The notes below the pieces were generated by a model. The model saw only the letters and a program-made list of their open reading frames with translations. It did not search any database and had not been told where the DNA came from. Shown here piece by piece: positions 15,401 through 27,567 of a stretch of DNA of 64,000 nt. The number at the start of each line of letters is the position of its first letter. Position 1 is the stretch's first letter. The position numbers were made by a program, and so were the translations under genes. Origin of the DNA: Paragordius varius (taxonomy: Eukaryota; Animalia; Nematomorpha). Where the stretch lies: assembly GCA_964247055.1 (NCBI GenBank), contig OZ176050.1, positions 14,136,001-14,200,000 of the forward strand. The letters run 5' to 3'.

Positions 15401-15830
15401 TCTAACTGTTAGCCAACTATGATTTTAGACTGTCTATTTTTATTGAAAAATTAGTCCTCCATAATTTAGTTTTGTACTCACTAATTTCTTTTCGATCCAT
15501 TATTTTACTATCTAACTTACATGTTAACATAAAAAACCATATAATATAGTCAAAGGTTAATTTTATTTTGTCTTTGTGAACAAAATCTATTTATTTTATA
15601 TAATCAAATACATTTAACTTAAACTGATCGACATAGCTAGATTATTATACTTAATATATTTTAATTATTTCACATACTTTTGGCATGTGGCTAAATATTT
15701 TGATCAAATTATAATCCATACATATAATTGCTCGTTTCCACAAGTGAGCGGGTTTCTGGGTAGATACTAACTGATTTAACCTCACCCTATAACGCATGTG
15801 CCAAATTTGGGTTTGTCGTGATTACAATTT
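6417..15830. repeat. Degenerate tandem array, about 8 units; full unit ~1.7 kb, later units 0.7-1.3 kb with internal deletions
   Basis: Recurring markers: GAACAGCACCGAAACACGA-like (~6555, 8298, 9945, 10838, 12795, 13905, 14760); AACTTGTAAAC (~7140, 8823, 10482, 12510, 13256, 15267); GCCATTGTAGC (~7948, 9664, 11853, 13570); GAGCCTGTTTAT (~7610, 9301, 11478). Confidence 0.9.
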
Positions 15831-16965
15831 ATAGTGAACCCCCCCGCCCCCTCCCCTTTTCCCCAAAATAAAATTAAGCGTGTAAAGATAATCTATTTTT
15901 TTATTCAAGGATAACACAATTATTTTATTTTTGATAAATTCGTATACTTTAAATTTTATTCCATAATTAAAAGTAACAATCCCGTTTATATAGGTTAAAT
16001 GGAATATATGATTGTGTAATATTTTGTTCATTTATTATTACATTTTAAAAAATTATAAATGTTTGACCAGAAATATTAACTTATGGGAAAATTATTAAAT
16101 ATTTATTTTACTAATGGGTTTTAGGACAAAATAATTATGGTTCTAATGTAAAAAAAGTAAATAATAATAGCAAAAAAAACAAAATGCTCCAAGCAAAAAA
16201 TTTACGACATATGACCACAAATCGATCATTTTTTCATTCTATGATCTCATCATTGAATATATTTTGTAAAATAATTCGCGAGCAAAAAGCTCGTTTTCAT
16301 TAAAACGATAAAAGATATAAAACAAAAATGTTGTTGCATTCCTAAAAAAAGTATTAATTTTATTGTGCGGTAATTTTATACGGCCCTGCCTAACATCAAT
16401 TTTTTTATTGCGTCAGTTTCCTCTCACTTTATACGTTGCGTTACTTTAAACTAAGTTATTTGAACATAAAAACCAATTACACTCTATTTCCCAATGAAAT
16501 GCTTAAAGTTAATCTTCTTTGTTAATTAAATGATGCGATAAATATTTTTTTTTGATTTTTTTGAACGAGTTTTTATAGGGGCCATTATAATATTTTAAAA
16601 CATATTTTTTTAATGATTTTTTAACAATTTTGGATAACATTTAAAACTTTTAAAGCTGCAATTAAGTAAATGTATACCACCATATAAAATAGTTGGGCTC
16701 CAAAAACGTTTTTTAATTTTAATAGCAAATATGTCTGATTTCCGCCATTTCGTATAATTTAAACAGGGTTGTCCAATACAAATGACTCCGCAAGCCGCAT
16801 TTTAACCCTAAAAACGGCATGCGGCATTCGGAATATATATAAGGATTTAATTCCATAATATTCCAACATAAAACTATAAAATGCAAACACAAAACAACTT
16901 TTTTTATAAGCTGATTTACAATTTAGTTACTAATTTATATAATCTTTATTAGAATATAAACCGGT

Positions 16966-17038
16966 ATGCAATTATTTAAATACTTGGCTATATGCTTCTG
17001 TGGAACTATCCTCCTGTGCTTGATCGAATATGTGAAAG
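16966..17038 (+). CDS. Secreted-protein gene A, exon 1 (signal peptide MQLFKYLAICFCGTILLCLIEYVK-G)
   Basis: ATG, basic N-region, hydrophobic core, V-x-G cleavage context, phase-1 donor AAAG|GTAGAT. Paralogous exon with the same donor at 46425-46497. Confidence 0.75.
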
Positions 17039-18201
17039 GTAGATATAATTTTTTTTATGTGCAGTAGAAACAAACAAAATAAATAAATTTTTATATGAAG
17101 ACCGATATAATGGTAATGGTAACTTAAGCTTACGAGTCGTTTTAAACATTATTTAAAACTTTTACCGTCAATACTCAAGATTTTGATATCCTAAAAATAG
17201 AGATTAAGCGGTAAGATTGTATATCAAAATCAATTATTCTTCCAAATTAGTCATCGGTTTATTGATATAAATTATCAATTTTTATTAAGTTTTGCGTATT
17301 TTAAGTTGAACCCGCATAAAAGCAGAAATTGCGCGATAGAATTATGCTTATTATTTGTTAAAAATCTATTATTTGCCGCGCATATCTTATTTTTAAATTA
17401 AATTAGAGAATTTAAGGCGTTTTGCATCAAATGATTTGTATAAAAATAATTATACATAACAACACCTTTATGTGAATATAGTAAAAATTGGATTGAACAT
17501 CCATAGTTTTAACATATTTTTATAACCTTAATATTGCAAAGTTTAAAAAAAGATTGTAATTAGTTTAAAAAAATGGTTGTCTAATTTTTTGTCTTTCTCA
17601 ATAGAATGCATATTGTACTTATATATACAGATAAATGTATTAATATTCTTATAATTTTAAAACTTGCACATAATATATGCAGGGCTTAGAATTAGAAACG
17701 CAGAAAAAAACCAGGTTTCTTGCATTTTAGTAGGAATGATTTCGTTGGATTAAAACAAACCCGATTCCGGTTCTGCATGTCAAATAAATGTTACCACATT
17801 TCATTTAAAAAATTAAATTTATTGTGTAAATTATTTTATAAAAATCCATATGAATGAGCTAAAAAATTGGCTCATTCAATGTAACTTATGAGGGAAAATA
17901 TATTAAAGGGAGGTGGCCATTTTGAAATTTTTTAGAAAACAAATTTTACCAAATATGGATAACATCGCTCGGCTTTATTTGTTTGTTTTATTGAAAAGTA
18001 TTATTTAAGATTAATAGATAACAATCTTTTTTCACATGTATAAATATGATGAGGGCGAATGTAACTAAACTAAAAGCCAAATAAAAAAACTATGATAGTA
18101 AATGTATAACATTAGAGCATGCAACAGTTTGACTTTACTCAGGGAATCAAATTTTTTAAAAGTTAAGGCACAATAACTAATTTATTTTACTATCACACAT
18201 C

Positions 18202-18236
<35 letters not shown>

Positions 18237-19237
18237 AAGATTATTATGTTAGTTATAATACAAGAGTTCTATATATTATTAATAAATTTTCTGAGTTGCC
18301 AGGCAAATGCTCTCATAAATATAATTACAAGCAATATCAACATAAAATTTTAGATAAAAACTTGTTTTTTAATGCATGCTCCCATAAAAATTATTATGCT
18401 CTATCTAGTCTATCGCCTTGGTAAAAATAATTTATAAATATTGCTTTGATATACGGGTAAACTAGTTAATATATTATAAAGCTTTAAAGACGAAAGAATT
18501 TTAATCAAAGGTGATAGAAATGTTTACCATGAATTTCGTAGAAAACATTCTTATTGACATTGCAAAGCATTTTTATAGTTTTCCTAGCTTAAAGTTTAAT
18601 TCAACATTATTTTAAATTTTTTATGCCATTAGCATATAAATGTACCTTAAAAGCAACATTTTTGCGTTAGTGTTAATAGAACCTAATTATACCATTTGGA
18701 CTTCATAATATCCTACACTTTAAGTTGGTCTTTGAACATTATAAGTTGGTCTATAATTTTTTACGTTTGTATTTAACCATAATATTTGCCATATTTTATT
18801 ATTCTTTAACCTAATTTTCTTATTTTGTTATATATTTATTCACCTAATATAAATTTTACCACTTTTTTGTTTCAAACTAATTTTTTCAATTTAAACAAAT
18901 TATTAACTTATAAATGTTTTACTGAAATGTAATTAATAACCCAAAAAACTTATATATTTTGATTGTGTAATACCTAATTAAACATATATTTTTAATAACT
19001 TAATAAAGAATACGGTTTTTGAATGATCAAAAATTAATATTGATTAAAGGTTTATGTAAAATAAAAACTTGAATTATACATATAACTTAAAGTCACTTTG
19101 AAGTGCTATATTTTATTGGGAAAAATATTTTGTATGCATGCTTTGTTAAAATATTTAATCCTATTTAAAAAAATTTGATCAACCCATTTTATTTTTATGT
19201 TGGTTGGAGCATTGTGAAAACGCTAAATAACATTTAA

Positions 19238-20160
19238 TCATATATTTATAAAAATGGAAAGTGGTGGCTTTGTAATCTGCTTCCGGAAAACCGGTAGACC
19301 CTTTAAATTTAAATGTTGTAAAAATATAATCATTAATGAGTTCCTTGACAATAGTTTGCCCTTTTTTTGAAAAAGGCTCCTAGTTCGGGCCCACCCCTGT
19401 AAAAAACGGTTTTTTTGAAAACATACTTCCACAAAATCGTTTGAGACAATTTTCCGGAAAACGTGTTGGACCATTCATTTTCAATATGATTTTCGTTTAC
19501 TTATTTTCGATTGCGCCGAACATAGTCGGCTCGCTTTTCTAATTTAAGCCTCGTTTTAACCCACTCTTTCCGTAAAATACCATTTTTTTTCAAAAAAAAT
19601 TAGTCCACAAAAATAATTTTTTAAATCTAGTTTTCCCCAAAGTAAAAGACCTTAAAAATTCATTAAGGATTCCCGTTAAAAGGCAAAAAATTTTGTCAAG
19701 CGTTTTTTTTATATTGGCTGCTGGGTAAGGAGGTACCCGCTAAAAACTGATCCGTATCGAAATGGCGTGCCTGTTAAATTTCAGAAGACCTATCAGGCCA
19801 TATGAGTTCAATAGGTGCTTTAAATTTTACCCGTAAAAATCAAAAATTTATGTCGAGGGATTTTGTAAATTAGCTTTTAATTAGGCCCTTTATGCCTGAA
19901 AAATGCGCCACCAAAGAATTATTTTTTAATTTTGAGGCAATTTTTCCAAAAACTAATGAGAGCATCATGATTCCAGGTATTCTCCGTAAAAAGCCAAAAA
20001 AATTTATCAAGCGCTTTTTTTGTATCAGTTTCTGGGTAGGGAGCTATCCGCCTAAAACTGCGCCACAATATAGATATTACGTTGTTTTGGAACTAATTTA
20101 AAGAAAACCATCAGGCCATATGATAGGTGCTTAAAATATTACCAGGCAAAAATTTAGGTC
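19238..20160 (+). mobile_element. Non-autonomous Helitron copy, 3' end missing
   Basis: 5' A|TCATATATTTATAAAAATGGAAA; internal unit shared with 24771-25847, 35600-36675 and 41381-41930. Confidence 0.65.
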
Positions 20161-20248
20161 GTGCGGTTTTTCAAACTTGCCCTCTATGTATGCTTTTTGG
20201 AAATAATTAATGACTTTCTAGCAATGTATACTTATTCATACTGTATCA

Positions 20249-20622
20249 TCTACATATTTATTAAAATGGAAAGTGGTGGCTTTGTAATCTGTTTCCGGAA
20301 AACAGGAAGACCGATTCAAATTCAAATGTCAAAAAAATATAATCATTAATGAATGCATACGAGTTCAATATAGCTTTAAATATTACCCATAAAAAGTAAA
20401 AATTATAGTATAGCGGTTTTTTCCGTTAGCCGTCAATTTGGATTTATACCAGTAAACATATGGTATGAATGCACCGTTTAGAAAATCCTATGAGATCATA
20501 GCTATTAAATAATGTTTCAAACATATATGGATGATTTTATTGATCTCTTTTTTTCTAATAGCTTCCCCCCAGAAGTCCGAAGGACTTCCAGGGGATGTGT
20601 AGCAGCACGAGATTTACGCTAG
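20249..20622 (+). mobile_element. Short non-autonomous Helitron with both termini
   Basis: A|TCTACATATTTATTAAAATGG ... GTGTAGCAGCACGAGATTTACGCTAG|T. 5'-TC and CTAG-3' ends, inserted between A and T, no TSD. Confidence 0.7.
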
Positions 20623-20624
20623 TA

Positions 20625-21240
20625 TACCATTCGCACTTCAAGAGTGTCCTTGAACACTTCAAGTTGGTCCTTGAACAGTTCAAGTTGGTCCTTAAACATT
20701 TCAAGTTGGTCCTTTTTTGTTTTGTTTATAACTTTTATCAATCAAATCGTAAATAATTCATCTACTTTATTGTTTTTAACCTCTTTTCTATTATTTTACA
20801 TAAATTTTACATCCATATCAACTTTTGATCTTTTAGAAACCGTATATCTATATTAATTTCTTATAATAATTTTGGATATTTAAAAGATTTTAACGAAATG
20901 AAAAAATATATAAGTTTTCTGGGTTATTAATTAAAATTTACTATTAAAAACATTTAAAAGTCAATAATTTTGTTCAAATAAAAAAAAATAGTTTGGAACA
21001 AAAAAGTGATTTTTCAATAAAAATTTTTATTTTTAAATGAATAAATATATAATAAATAAAGTAAATTAGGTTAATAAATAATAAAATAAAAAAATAAATG
21101 CAAAAAATTATAATTAAGCAAAATTTATAAATTTTAAGGATCAACTTGAACTGTTCAAGGACCAACTTGAACTGTTCAGGGACCAACTTAAACTGTTCAA
21201 GGACCAACTTGAACTGTTCAAGGACACTCTGCAAATGGTA
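20625..21240. mobile_element. Foldback MITE, type a (21-bp subrepeat TCCTTGAACAGTTCAAGTTGG)
   Basis: Ends TACCATT...AATGGTA flanked by TA; inverted 21-bp tandem arrays at both ends; central spacer shared with 43675-44379 and 47912-48472. Confidence 0.85.
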
Positions 21241-21879
21241 TATATTATAATACAAGTTGATATTATCCAAGATAATATACGCCTTTTAAATTTATGTTCC
21301 CTTTAATTTGTTAATAATTTATATGCTCCGCATTACCATAAAATACGGTTTACAAAATTTTACTAAAATTAAATTCCAAATATTTCATAATCTATTATAT
21401 ATTAAAGATTCTAATCGCAAAATTTCTTCTTTTTTGCGTTTTTTAAATAAGTAACCCATTTGAAAAGGTCAAAAATTTCAAACCTTATATTATAAATCAC
21501 AATTTTAAAAATGTTTGCTCTTCAATATAATATGAATATACTTAAAGTACTTTTTAAAAAATTTACCTTTCACCAAAAAAATTTTATTACCATATTGTTC
21601 GAAAATTTTTGTGTTTTCTTTACGATGTGAACTATTTACCACATAAATGTAAAAATTTGTTTAATATCAATCGTAAAGCTCCAAAACCTCGAGAATCCTG
21701 GTACATTCATCTGAAAGTTTTATAAGGAACTTTTTTGTGCTACCGATTTTGTGCCTGAAATATGTTATACATATAAAAAACAAGGATTAAAAAATAAAGT
21801 TTTTGCCTACTTTTTTGCTATTTTAATTACTGTTATTCCGCAAGTAATTAAATCAGTTTATAATTTTGTCATATAATAG

Positions 21880-22029
21880 GTAATTGCCAAATAACGTATT
21901 ATGGGATCACATATTCAGTAACTAACAGTACGTATCCTATTGAGAGCAATGAAGTGATTACGCTAAACAATGATACAGCTCCTTGTACTGCAAAATTTTA
22001 TATAAAGCTTCACATAAATTGTACTTTGG
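21880..22029 (+). CDS. Secreted-protein gene A, candidate exon 2 (G-NCQITYYGITYSVTNSTYPIESNEVITLNNDTAPCTAKFYIKLHINCTL)
   Basis: 150-nt phase 1-1 exon bounded by taatAG| and TTGG|GTAATT, no stops, less AT-rich than its flanks, 3 Cys and 3 N-glycosylation sequons. Joins exons 1 and 3 in frame. Confidence 0.65.
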
Positions 22030-24395
22030 GTAATTTATTTTATATGATATATATCATAACTAACTTAAAATTATCATACCTTTATATGTATATATATATT
22101 TGATGCCCGAATTTTATATAGTAACGAGGGCTATATTGTCAATTTCGGTAATTGGTTAAAAGGCATTTATTTATCTTTGAATTTATTTAACACTCGAATC
22201 AGGGGATAAAATATCCCAAACAATATTTAAATTTATTTATAAAATACTACTGAAAAAACGATTATTTAAATTTATGCTTCTATTCTAAAAAATTATATAA
22301 ATAAATCATAATATCTAATTAAAATTTAGTAATGGAGAGGTTTAGTATCAAACGACCACGACGCCATTATTATATTACAACATTTTCGCAAATATCGTGT
22401 TTTATTCTAACCTTAAAATTAAGTTATTTTTTTATCAAAATCACATTTAACGTTGATATAAACAGAAAAAGTGGTATATTTTGCATTATTTTTACATTTA
22501 GCCTATGCACACATGTTATGTTGGATAAATTTTTACCTTTGGGGTGTGCCTCTAAATAATTAATATAAGTATTTGCGAACAAAATTTTTTATTATTATAT
22601 TTCGGTTCGGTTATATCAGTGCAAACTTTTGCAAAGGTTTGAATTTATTCCATTTTTTTAAATATTAAATTAAGACAAGCTTGTGGTAACAACTACCCCA
22701 ATTCGAATAGAAGGATTAAAATGAATGCGTTGTATCCAAGTCTTGTGTTAAATATGATAAATAAACAGACGCCATTTCTACACAACTTCTCTTCTATATG
22801 TTATTAAATAAAATCCTAAATCATGTTAATTGTTTAGCCACTATATACACTAAAAAATTTAACAAAATAATTTTTATTTCATGAGATAGCTTATGATCAG
22901 CGTATTCATTTGCCGTTAAAATTTTTATTTGTTTAAGAACTAGTTTTTGAATAATTGAGAGAAATCGAAATCGGGGTAAAATGAAAATTAAGGATAATTA
23001 AGAGTAATTTAAAAAATGATAAAATTTGAGATATTATGGTTTATTATCATTTAGGATATATTTTCAATATAACATTAGACTAAAACGATATAATTAAGGT
23101 TTCTATAAAATTTCAGTTCTAAGATGGCGTTTTTCTCTTACCACATTTAAAATAAAAGACAAAAAAAACTTTCATACTATATTAAAATAATTTTAATTAA
23201 TTATTAATAGCAAACTCACTGATTTCAACATTCATATGTTTTCATTATCAGTAAAAACTTCTATATCGTGTTTTTTTTATTCCTTTTTTTGTCATCTGGT
23301 TATGAGTGTATAAAAAATTATACTGTTTTATTTTAAATCTTACAAGAGTGGAAGTTATAAATTAAATGCAAAATAATAGGATTTAAAAGTAGTGGAAAAT
23401 CTACCAACAATCCGTACATATCCCGGTATAAATATTATGTGTTACAATTTTATAACCAGATGACAAAAAAATGAAAAAATAAAAAACAATATTTTTTAGA
23501 TTTATTTATTGTTTTTTTACTGAATAAAATTAGAATGTTAAGATTTCAACATTAAAATTTTTTAAATTTGTAAGAAACTCAAATCCTAAAAAGAAGAACG
23601 TCATCTTTCTAATTGAAATGTCATATAAACCCTATATATATGATTTTATTTAGTGATACTCACGCGGCCCGCGGGCCGCATGCGGCCCTAAGAGTGCTTT
23701 AAAATTGCCCTATGACCAAATAGATACATAAATTATTTTTTTGAGGAATTTTTAAATAACATAAGCGAATTTTAGGGTATATAGCAATTTATTTTCTTTA
23801 TATTTAATTTTGGTAATTTTTATTTTTTACCTAATTTGAAATGTAGAAAAATTTTCCTAGATTAAAATGATTTCAAAATTTTGGCACACGTTGTTTCTGT
23901 TTCTGTATTTATTTTCTTTTATATTTTAATATTTTCATTGCTTCCTTTTAAAGCAAGCCTTTTATTCAAACCTGCATATTCTTTTCATTTTTTACATCAT
24001 TTTTTGATACTCATTTCCATAATTTCAAATCAACATCATTAAATTTCGTCCTGTTTTTTATACCATATTCTAATATTCCTATTTTTTTAAAAAAATTTAC
24101 ATAATAATTAAACATAAATTAAAAGGATGACATCAAAAACGTAATCCGATGAAATCGCTTTTTTAAAAAAGAATAGGAAGAAATTTTTTTTGTCGTTTTT
24201 AAAAAATGTTGTAACCTGCCTTATATATAGGACCACATAATTATAAAAAATACAATATGGAAAGACATCTCAATATGCACTCTTTGTGAGATTTTGCAAC
24301 GAAAACATAATCAACGAGTATTTATTTTTACCAATGAATAATACCACGAAAAGAAATAACTTCCTAAAAATAATTAGCATTTTTTTAGATAAATG

Positions 24396-27300
24396 TAAGG
24401 TGACCAGACGTCCCGCTTTTTCACACTTTGTCCCGCCTCCCGCTGCGTTTTTGAAATGTCCCGCTTTTTCACGATTATATAAAAAAAGATTTTTTTAAAT
24501 ACATTTAAGTTTTTTATATAAAATTTATTTTTTTTTATCCGTTTAAATTTATTATCATTAGTTATCTTTAAAATCTGTATCAATTTTAAATTAAAGTTTT
24601 TTATTTTTAAATTAAAAATATTTATTTTTTTCAAATTTATATCATATGATTATACACTTTGCTTCCTAATCCTACTGCCAACATTATCACAAAGACAAAT
24701 TAATATCACAACGGTAGCTTATACCTTTACTCCAGAAAATTAAGGTAATATAATATTTTTTATATTAATACTAGCGTAAATCTCGTGCTGCTACGCAGCC
24801 AGAATAAGTCCTTCAGACTTCTGGGGGGGAGGGCTATTTGAAATAAGGGACAATAAAATGATCCACATATGTGGATTATTTCGAAACATTATTTAATAGA
24901 TATGATTTTATAGGAATTTTTAAACGGAGCATTCATACTAATTAATATATTGTTTAATAGGGCGAAAAATAGATTTAAAAAATTATTTTTGTGGACTTTG
25001 TTTTTTGAAAAAAATGGCATTTTACGAAGGGAGCGGAAAAGAGGGATTAAATCAAAAGCGAGACGACTATGTTCGGCGCAATCGAAAATAAGTAAATTGA
25101 ATGATACTTTCTCCAGAAAATTGTCTCTTCAAAGACACGATTTTTGTGGATTTCTGTTTTCAGAAAAACCGTTTTTCAGACGGGGTGGGCCCGAACTGGG
25201 GGCCTATTTCAAAAAAAGGGCGAAGCTATTGTGGGACATTTATTAATGATTATATTTATTCGATATTTGGATTTGATTGGGTTCACCGGTTTTCCGGAAA
25301 CAGATCACAAAGTTACATGAGGAATCAGTTTGCGGGTAGCTCCCTACCCAGCAGCTACCATCAAAGAACCGCTTGACTAAAATTTTTGCCTTTTAACAGA
25401 GAATACGTGGAATCCATATTTTTTTACGGTCTCATACCTAGGGCGAAAAATAGATTTAAAAAATTATTTTTGTGGACTTTGTTTTTTAAAAAAATTGCAT
25501 TTTACGGGGGGAGCGGGTAAAAAGAGGGCCTTAATCAAAAAAAGCGAGCTTACTATGTTCGGCGCAATCGAAAATAAGTAAACAAAAATCATATTTGAAA
25601 TTGAATGGTCCAACACGTTCTCCAGAAAATTGTCTCAAAGACACGATTTTGTCGACTTGTTTTAAAAAAAACCGTTTTTCACACGGGGTAGGCCCGAACT
25701 GGGGGCCTATTTCAAAAAAAGGGCGAAGCTATTGTTGGGGCATTCATTAATGATTATATTTTTTCGAACTTTGGATTTGAATGGGTCTACCGGTTTTCCG
25801 GTACCAGATCACAAAGCCAGCATTTTCCATTTTTATAAATATATAGATTAGTTTAAAATATGAGTACAAAAAGAGGTTGTAAATTTAACGATGATTTAAT
25901 GAAAGAATTTCCTTTTATCAAAAAAACGAAGAATGAATCATTTGTTAATACTTTCTGTTAGGGGTTCACTCTACCACATGGCGGTAAGCATAATATTACA
26001 AAGCATATGGAAATACAGAAACATAAAAGATGTTTAGATATGGTGGCATCATCTCACAAAATGAGGGATTTTTATCGTAAAACCGCTTTTGGAGAGGAAG
26101 AAAAGAATTTGGCACTAGCCCAAGGCGTTTCATCTTTTCACGCGTTAATTACAATCATTCCATTAGATCTATGGATTGTACCTCACATGTTATTCGTGCC
26201 CGTACAAAGGCTGAAGGCATTGTATGCATTGTCCTTTCGCCACATGCATTTTCTGAATACAAAAAGATTTCCTGAAAATTTTCATATCGCCATACTCTGA
26301 TGTATCAAATCAGGAAACAAAAATATTTCCCACGTTAATAAAATATTTTGTCCAGAAACCGGAGTAAAATTAAAATTTTAAGTTTTATTTCTCTACCCGG
26401 TGCGAATTCCGACATAATTTTACTTCAATAATGAATATTCTAGGAAAAAATATTTTAAAAGACAAAATCATCGCATATTGCTGTACACTAATACGAACTT
26501 CGGTGGAAAAGCAAGGAGGGAAACAAAAAGAAATTTTCAGTAATTAACAGATAATCTTAATCCATTATTGACGTTGGGTGTGTAGCGCTTATAACACACA
26601 ACGCTATTCAAACAGCTGCTGATTTGTTACCCCTAGATGTGGAAAATGTAGTTGTTTATGTATATTCCTATTTTTATATACACGGTACGCGTTGAAACGC
26701 TTAAAAAATTCTGTGGAAATGCAGAAGTTCAATATTAAAAAAATGCTTGGATATTGTAAAACTCGTTGGTTTGCTCTTCTGCCAGCTATCGAAGGAATTT
26801 TAAAAAATGATACTTTAAAATCCTATTTTTTTTATCACAGGACAAATGTCCTACAACTTTGGAAAAGTTTTTTGAAAGTGATTCTTCAATATGGTTAGAA
26901 TTCCTACATAATCAAGCTTCTCTCTTTCAAAATGTTATTAAATTGATAGAAAGTGACAAAACTTCGGCAAACGAAGTAGCCAATGAAGTTAGTAACCTAA
27001 AATTCCAATGTAGAAAGGTTATAAAATAATTTTATACCAGTAACCAATCGCAATATTATAAATAATTTAGAAAAACAAGGCTTAATAAATCGCCAAGATA
27101 TCTTGTTCCATTAAAAATGTTTTATACAAACTGTAAAGATTATTGGAAGACTGGACGGTGCAATTTAATGAAATTGATCATTTTTATTGGATAACATTAA
27201 TGGAACCAACGCTGCTACTGAGCGCGTTTTTTCCACAGTAAATCAGATGTGGACATCGGAAAAATCAAATTTAAATGTTGAGACTTTAAAGGCCGTGTTA

Positions 27301-27567
27301 TCTGTCAAATATAATTTGACAAATTCTTGTGAAGACTTCTACAATATTTTATAAAATGATGACAATCTGCTAATACGCATTCACTCAAATAAAAAATATA
27401 CCAATGATTTAAATATTTTTTTATATATAATGTATTTGTGTTAAAAATAAATAAATACTACAATAAATTTTTTGTATAAAAATTTTTGGTTGCCCCACCT
27501 CATAACCCCCCCCCCCCCATTTCTCAGATTTGTCCCGCTTTTTCCTTCAAAAAATCTGGTCACCTTA
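24396..27567 (+). mobile_element. hAT (Blackjack-like) transposon with decayed transposase at ~25860-27400
   Basis: TIR TAAGGTGACCAGA / TCTGGTCACCTTA; perfect 8-bp TSD GATAAATG (24388-24395, 27568-27575); BED-finger-like start MSTKRGCKFNDDLMKEFPF..HGGKHNITKH, LGYCKTRWFALLPA, hATC GTNAATERVFS..WTSEKSNLNVETLK. Confidence 0.92.
24771..25847 (-). mobile_element. Non-autonomous Helitron with a tandemly duplicated ~490-bp internal unit
   Basis: Minus strand A|TCTATATATTTATAAAAATGG at 25847 ... GCGTAGCAGCACGAGATTTACGCTAG|T at 24771. Internal duplication 24950-25320 / 25440-25815. Confidence 0.8.
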
